The notes beneath the pieces were generated by a model. It searched no databases, was not told where the DNA came from, and saw only the letters and a program-made list of their open reading frames with translations. From contig CANMKK010000033.1 of the NCBI GenBank assembly GCA_947498455.1, forward strand, positions 2-64,001: DNA of 64,000 nt. Reading direction: 5' to 3'. Origin of the DNA: an uncultured Aquimarina sp. (GTDB lineage: Bacteria > Bacteroidota > Bacteroidia > Flavobacteriales > Flavobacteriaceae). The position numbers and the translations under genes are program-made. Shown here one piece after another: positions 60,244 through 64,000 of the stretch (within the stretch, counting starts at the first letter, position 1; each line of letters opens with the position of its first letter).

Positions 60244-61773
60244 ATGAAAAATAATCTATTTCTCTTCCTTTCTGCTTTATTTATTACTGCAGTAGGTATT
60301 TCGCAAACCGAAACTATTTCTAATAAAACAAAAGTAGATTTACAGTCACCAAGTAATATTGGTGTAAGTTTATTCCAAAGTACATCTGCTAATGGAATAT
60401 GGGCAACAGGAACAATTACCGCAGATCGATGGGGTGTTTTCGAAGATGCTACAAGTGATAAAGAAAGATTAACTATTCTTCCTGGTGGTAATATAGGTAT
60501 TGGGACTAATTCGCCTAAAGAAAAATTACACGTTGAAGGTAATTTTCTTTTAAATGCTTATCAAACTGGTGGTCAAAAAGGAATATTTTTTAGAGAAAAT
60601 TTTTCATCTTCTAATAAGTTTAACCTTTCAATTTTAACCCACGATGACGGTGATAACAGCCCTGATGCATTGGATATTAATGCTTATGATGGTATTTACT
60701 TTAATACTGGATCAAATAACAGAAATCCAAGAATGACTATTTCTGGTAATGGCAATGTCGGTATTGGAACAACGAATCCTCAATCTCGATTAGATATTCG
60801 CTCTAACGCAGGGCAAACAGAAAACCTTTTAAAGTTTAGTGTTTCTGATGCATCTGGAGATTATTTACAAATTGCCAACGCTACAGGAGTTACTAACCGT
60901 TTTATGCCAATGATCAGAGGTACTGTACAATCAAGTAATATCACTTCCCTTTTATTAATGGGAGTCACTAATGATGTAAATGATAATACAGGTAGTAGTG
61001 GAGTGGTGCGTTTTGATGCCAGAAGAACTAATGGACCAATTCAAAATAGGCCTCTATTTACCTGGACAAGCTATGACCAAACAAAAATGACCATGACCGC
61101 CAATGGTAATCTGGGAATTGGAACATCAAACCCTGAAGCTCAATTAGTAGTAGGTAATAATTTTGGGGCATCTATTTCTGGTTCTGGAGGAGGAAATGCA
61201 GTTTTTGGAACAAATTTGGCAACAGAAGATGGTGGTGGTAATCACAATAAATTATTTACACCGTATTCTCATAATAATAATTATGGATATGCTGGAATAA
61301 GAGCAAGTTGGGGTAGAATTTATTTTTATGCAGAAAAACAGAATACAACTGCCAATCAAGAAGTAACACCTGCTCCTAAAATGATGATTAATGAATTCGG
61401 CAACGTCGGCATCGGTACCACAGATACTAAAGGTTACAAACTTGGAGTAAAAGGAAAAATTGCAGCAGAAGAAGTAAAAGTAGCGTTGTATACCAACTGG
61501 CCTGATTATGTTTTCGAGAAAGATTATAAGCTACCTAGTTTAGAAGAAGTAGAAAATCATATAACAAAAAACGGGCATTTACAAAATATACCTTCTGCTA
61601 AAGAAGTAGAAGAAAATGGTATCCACCTTGGTGAAATGAATGCTAAACTACTACAGAAAATCGAAGAACTAACGCTCTATATGATCGAACAGAACAAAAA
61701 GACAGAACTACTTAGTAAAGAAGTGGAGTCTTTAAAAAAGAAAAACGAAGAATTAGAGAAAAGAATTAAGTAA
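60244..61773 (+). CDS. secreted tail-fibre-like repeat protein with a C-terminal coiled coil
   Basis: Signal peptide, then four G-N-[IVL]-G-I-G-T motifs each followed by a short conserved strand. The conserved C-terminal module WPDYVFEKDYKLPSLEEVENHI...KIEELTLYMIEQ is followed by a heptad-rich tail. Confidence 0.5.
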   Translation: MKNNLFLFLSALFITAVGISQTETISNKTKVDLQSPSNIGVSLFQSTSANGIWATGTITADRWGVFEDATSDKERLTILPGGNIGIGTNSPKEKLHVEGNFLLNAYQTGGQKGIFFRENFSSSNKFNLSILTHDDGDNSPDALDINAYDGIYFNTGSNNRNPRMTISGNGNVGIGTTNPQSRLDIRSNAGQTENLLKFSVSDASGDYLQIANATGVTNRFMPMIRGTVQSSNITSLLLMGVTNDVNDNTGSSGVVRFDARRTNGPIQNRPLFTWTSYDQTKMTMTANGNLGIGTSNPEAQLVVGNNFGASISGSGGGNAVFGTNLATEDGGGNHNKLFTPYSHNNNYGYAGIRASWGRIYFYAEKQNTTANQEVTPAPKMMINEFGNVGIGTTDTKGYKLGVKGKIAAEEVKVALYTNWPDYVFEKDYKLPSLEEVENHITKNGHLQNIPSAKEVEENGIHLGEMNAKLLQKIEELTLYMIEQNKKTELLSKEVESLKKKNEELEKRIK

Positions 61774-61776
61774 TTG

Positions 61777-61862
61777 GTATAAAGTATTAAGTCCTAAGTA
61801 CAGTTTTTTTCTATAACAGGAATACACCTCATGCTTAGGACTTAATACATAATACTTTATAC
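61777..61862. terminator. Long imperfect inverted repeat between convergent genes
   Basis: GTATAAAGTATTAAGTCCTAAG, a 35-nt spacer, then CTTAGGACTTAATAC(ataatac)TTTATAC. Confidence 0.45.
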
Positions 61863-61874
61863 TCTAAAGAACAA

Positions 61875-62942
61875 TCACCCGCCCAATAACCGTTTCATAT
61901 TTATATTTTCGTAGTTCCTTTTCACGAACTCTAAAGCTGTTTTTAATACCTCTCCCATAGATTCACTTCTTCTAAACTTTAGATCCAACGTAAAATTATA
62001 TAAATGCTCTCTAAGTTCTTCAAGGTTTTCCTTGGTAGAAATTGTATCCTTACACATAGAATGGATCAATGTTTCATAACGTGATCTAGAGTTTAAAATC
62101 CGTTTTGCCAAAATAGACCGCTCCTCTTTTTTATACTGTTCAATAGATCGCGGCTGTAGCTTGCTCATAACAGTATCTACCATCGGAAAGTTTTCCTTAA
62201 AAAATTGAGGTTGATATACTTTTAGTTTCCCTTCAAAACATTGTTGATCAAAATCAATTGCCCGTATCTTATATTCTACGTGGTCAAAATCATGAATCGG
62301 GATAATGACATAATTATACGATCGCATATCTCCCAATAATCGCATCTGGCACCGTTCATTAAACTTTACAAATTCTTTTGCTATCTGTGACTTTGCCTGG
62401 TCACTTAAATCCGGTAAAAAATCTTTGATAAATACATCTCCCGCAATACCCGCAATGTGTTCCTCTATCAAGGTGTTCTTATACACCAAAAAGTTAATCC
62501 GATTAGGCGAAAACATATGTTCTAACTCTAATCCATAGATTCTGGAAGCATCTGCTTTTTTGACATAGATATAGGTATAATTATCATTTAAGATGTTTCG
62601 TACCCGTACCCTAAAAGGTTTAGAATTCCCAAACGTACAATAATCAATCGCATCTATATTTAAGAATTCTAATGCATCTTCATTACCATCGGAATGAAGT
62701 ATTGTGTATACTTTTTTTAGGCTGGATTCTATTTCGGGGCGTTCGTGTTCTTCATAATATACCCGTACCCATAAGGTATCCTCATCATTACTATCATATA
62801 CTACTATAGAGCCGGCAAATCTCAATAAGTCATCATAAAATACCGGGATTTTTATTTTGCGGTTACATTCTTTTAAATAGGTATCTAATTTTTCACTTAT
62901 AGGATACGTAGGTTTCTTCCTAGACATCAAATTTTCTTCCAT
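61875..62942 (-). CDS. hypothetical protein with a protein-kinase-like motif order
   Basis: A long ORF of 355 aa from ATG 62942 (the ORF-track start at 62984 is TTG). Motifs occur in kinase order: YIYVKK, LELEH, EEHIAG, GDMRSYN and IDFD. Confidence 0.4.
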   Translation of the reverse strand: MEENLMSRKKPTYPISEKLDTYLKECNRKIKIPVFYDDLLRFAGSIVVYDSNDEDTLWVRVYYEEHERPEIESSLKKVYTILHSDGNEDALEFLNIDAIDYCTFGNSKPFRVRVRNILNDNYTYIYVKKADASRIYGLELEHMFSPNRINFLVYKNTLIEEHIAGIAGDVFIKDFLPDLSDQAKSQIAKEFVKFNERCQMRLLGDMRSYNYVIIPIHDFDHVEYKIRAIDFDQQCFEGKLKVYQPQFFKENFPMVDTVMSKLQPRSIEQYKKEERSILAKRILNSRSRYETLIHSMCKDTISTKENLEELREHLYNFTLDLKFRRSESMGEVLKTALEFVKRNYENINMKRLLGG

Positions 62943-63021
62943 ATACAATAGCTTTCGAATAACAATATATAAGGAAATGATCAAAGTTACAAAGCTATAT
63001 GACGCTAATGCTATAAAAAGG

Positions 63022-63056
63022 TATCGGGTTTCGGGTTTCAGGTATCGGGTATAGGG
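63022..63056. repeat. Five tandem heptamers (TATCGGG TTTCGGG TTTCAGG TATCGGG TATAGGG)
   Basis: Read directly from the sequence. Confidence 0.85.
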
Positions 63057-63148
63057 TAATCACCGATAGTCAATAACCTAAAGCCACGAATCGGGGGATA
63101 AGAAACAAGATAGCGTTTCAGGAAATAAAATATAGAAAATCAAAAGAC

Positions 63149-63181
63149 GATAGCCGACCGTCGATACCACATAACCATCAG
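63149..63181. repeat. 33-bp direct repeat, copy 1
   Basis: GATAGCCGACCGTCGATACCACATAACCATCAG. Matches the copy at 63257..63289 at 30 of 33 positions. Confidence 0.85.
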
Positions 63182-63227
63182 TTTCAGGTGTCGGAAGACA
63201 ATATATAGGAATTCTACAACCAAAAGT

Positions 63228-63255
63228 TAACTACTAATAGCTAACTACTGATAGC
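63228..63255. repeat. Tandem 14-mer x2 (TAACTACTAATAGC and TAACTACTGATAGC)
   Basis: Read directly from the sequence. Confidence 0.85.
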
Positions 63256-63256
63256 C

Positions 63257-63289
63257 GATAGCTGACCGCCGATACCCCATAACCATCAG
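63257..63289. repeat. 33-bp direct repeat, copy 2
   Basis: GATAGCTGACCGCCGATACCCCATAACCATCAG. Confidence 0.85.
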
Positions 63290-63389
63290 GAAACAAAGAA
63301 CAATATTTTTTATGGACATACTATTCAATTATCAAAAAACGTTGTATGTTTATAAAAATAAGTTTTACACAAAACAAACTCAACAAAAC

Positions 63390-63830
63390 ATGAAACATTT
63401 TTTTTTAAATCTATTAGCCATTGGGGTATTTTTTATTAGCTGTAAAAGTGACGATGACAAAACAGAAGATCCAACAGATACTAACAGTATGGATTATGCT
63501 GCACAAATAATGTCTCCTAACAGTGATAACAAAAGAATGGATGATGAAATACACATCCATGCCGTTTTAGAAAGTACTACCCTGCAAACGGTACATCACG
63601 TAAAAGTTAGTATTTATAACAAAACTGATACTAGTACTGTAGTATACACTAAACCTGACGAAGCACACGTACATGAAAAAGAAGGGAAATTCGAGTTACA
63701 TGATGATGTAACATTATCCACTGAAAATGGGTTTTCCAGTGATTCTGATTGGATCATTGAAGCCAAAGTATGGGGACACGATGCTGGTGACAGTGAAGTA
63801 ACCATTACAAAGGAATTTCATATCGATTAA
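63390..63830 (+). CDS. small His-rich lipoprotein, function unknown
   Basis: ATG 63390 gives MKHFFLNLLAIGVFFISCKSDD (lipobox). His clusters at EIHIHA, VHHVKV, EAHVHEKE and WGHD. Confidence 0.6.
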   Translation: MKHFFLNLLAIGVFFISCKSDDDKTEDPTDTNSMDYAAQIMSPNSDNKRMDDEIHIHAVLESTTLQTVHHVKVSIYNKTDTSTVVYTKPDEAHVHEKEGKFELHDDVTLSTENGFSSDSDWIIEAKVWGHDAGDSEVTITKEFHID

Positions 63831-63842
63831 TAGTAACATACG

Positions 63843-63877
63843 CTTGCCAGACCTGACAGGTTTCTAAAACCTGTCAG
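63843..63877. repeat. REP-like palindromic element, copy 1 (CTTGCCAGACCTGACAGGTTTCTAAAACCTGTCAG)
   Basis: 11-bp stem CTGACAGGTTT / AAACCTGTCAG directly after the 63390 gene. Repeated at 63969. Confidence 0.75.
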
Positions 63878-63917
63878 ATACTATACTTTAGTTAACTGTA
63901 TATTTATTCAAAAAATA

Positions 63918-63959
63918 GGTAGTCCAGTAACCATAACAAAGAAATTTCATATCGATTGA
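63918..63959 (+). pseudogene. Orphan fragment homologous to the last ~11 codons of the 63390 gene
   Basis: GSPVTITKKFHID* compared with the gene's DSEVTITKEFHID*. The same hairpin element follows. Confidence 0.45.
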
Positions 63960-63968
63960 TTGTATACA

Positions 63969-64000
63969 CTTGCCAGACCTGACAGGTTTCTAAAACCTGT
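63969..64000. repeat. REP-like palindromic element, copy 2 (runs off the window)
   Basis: Identical over the 32 nt visible to 63843..63874. Confidence 0.75.

Overview
AT-rich chromosomal segment, roughly one-third G+C by eye. It has the hallmarks of a Bacteroidota/Flavobacteriia genome: a SusC/SusD pair, TAnnTTTG -7 promoter boxes without Shine-Dalgarno sequences, and DUF349, DUF368, fasciclin and MORN-type proteins. I call about 52 protein genes. By eye I find no rRNA, tRNA, CRISPR array, transposase or integrase. Most of the window is housekeeping. This includes thrS-infC-rpmI-rplT, a hybrid sensor kinase, RelA/SpoT, Fur-purA, aroE, mazG, mnmA, yidC, pyrG, def, ruvX, dapD, tsaC, a CCA-adding enzyme and ctaA. 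There is also an LPS-core-like glycosylation locus (47.5-54.0 kb) and a minimal susC/susD pair with a membrane-embedded AraC regulator. I do not see a convincing multi-gene novel system such as a defence island, secretion system or complete RiPP cluster. Five things stand out. (1) An orphan double-glycine-leader, four-Cys peptide gene with a locally GC-rich core (26.46 kb). (2) A three-fold tandem repeat fusing the cca 3' end to the start of the next gene, bounded by a microhomology (55.95-56.27 kb). (3) Two paralogous four-helix-bundle (23S-IVS/Avd-family) genes, each bracketed by the same inverted 11-mer. (4) A roughly 250-bp dispersed intergenic repeat family. (5) A repeat-dense, compositionally odd right end (59.9-64.0 kb) with G-free tracts, heptamer and 14-mer tandem repeats, a duplicated gene tail plus hairpin, a tail-fibre-like repeat protein and a kinase-like hypothetical protein. 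All calls rest on reading the translated ORFs and the DNA by eye, with no searches run. Start codons and family assignments for the less conserved proteins are provisional.
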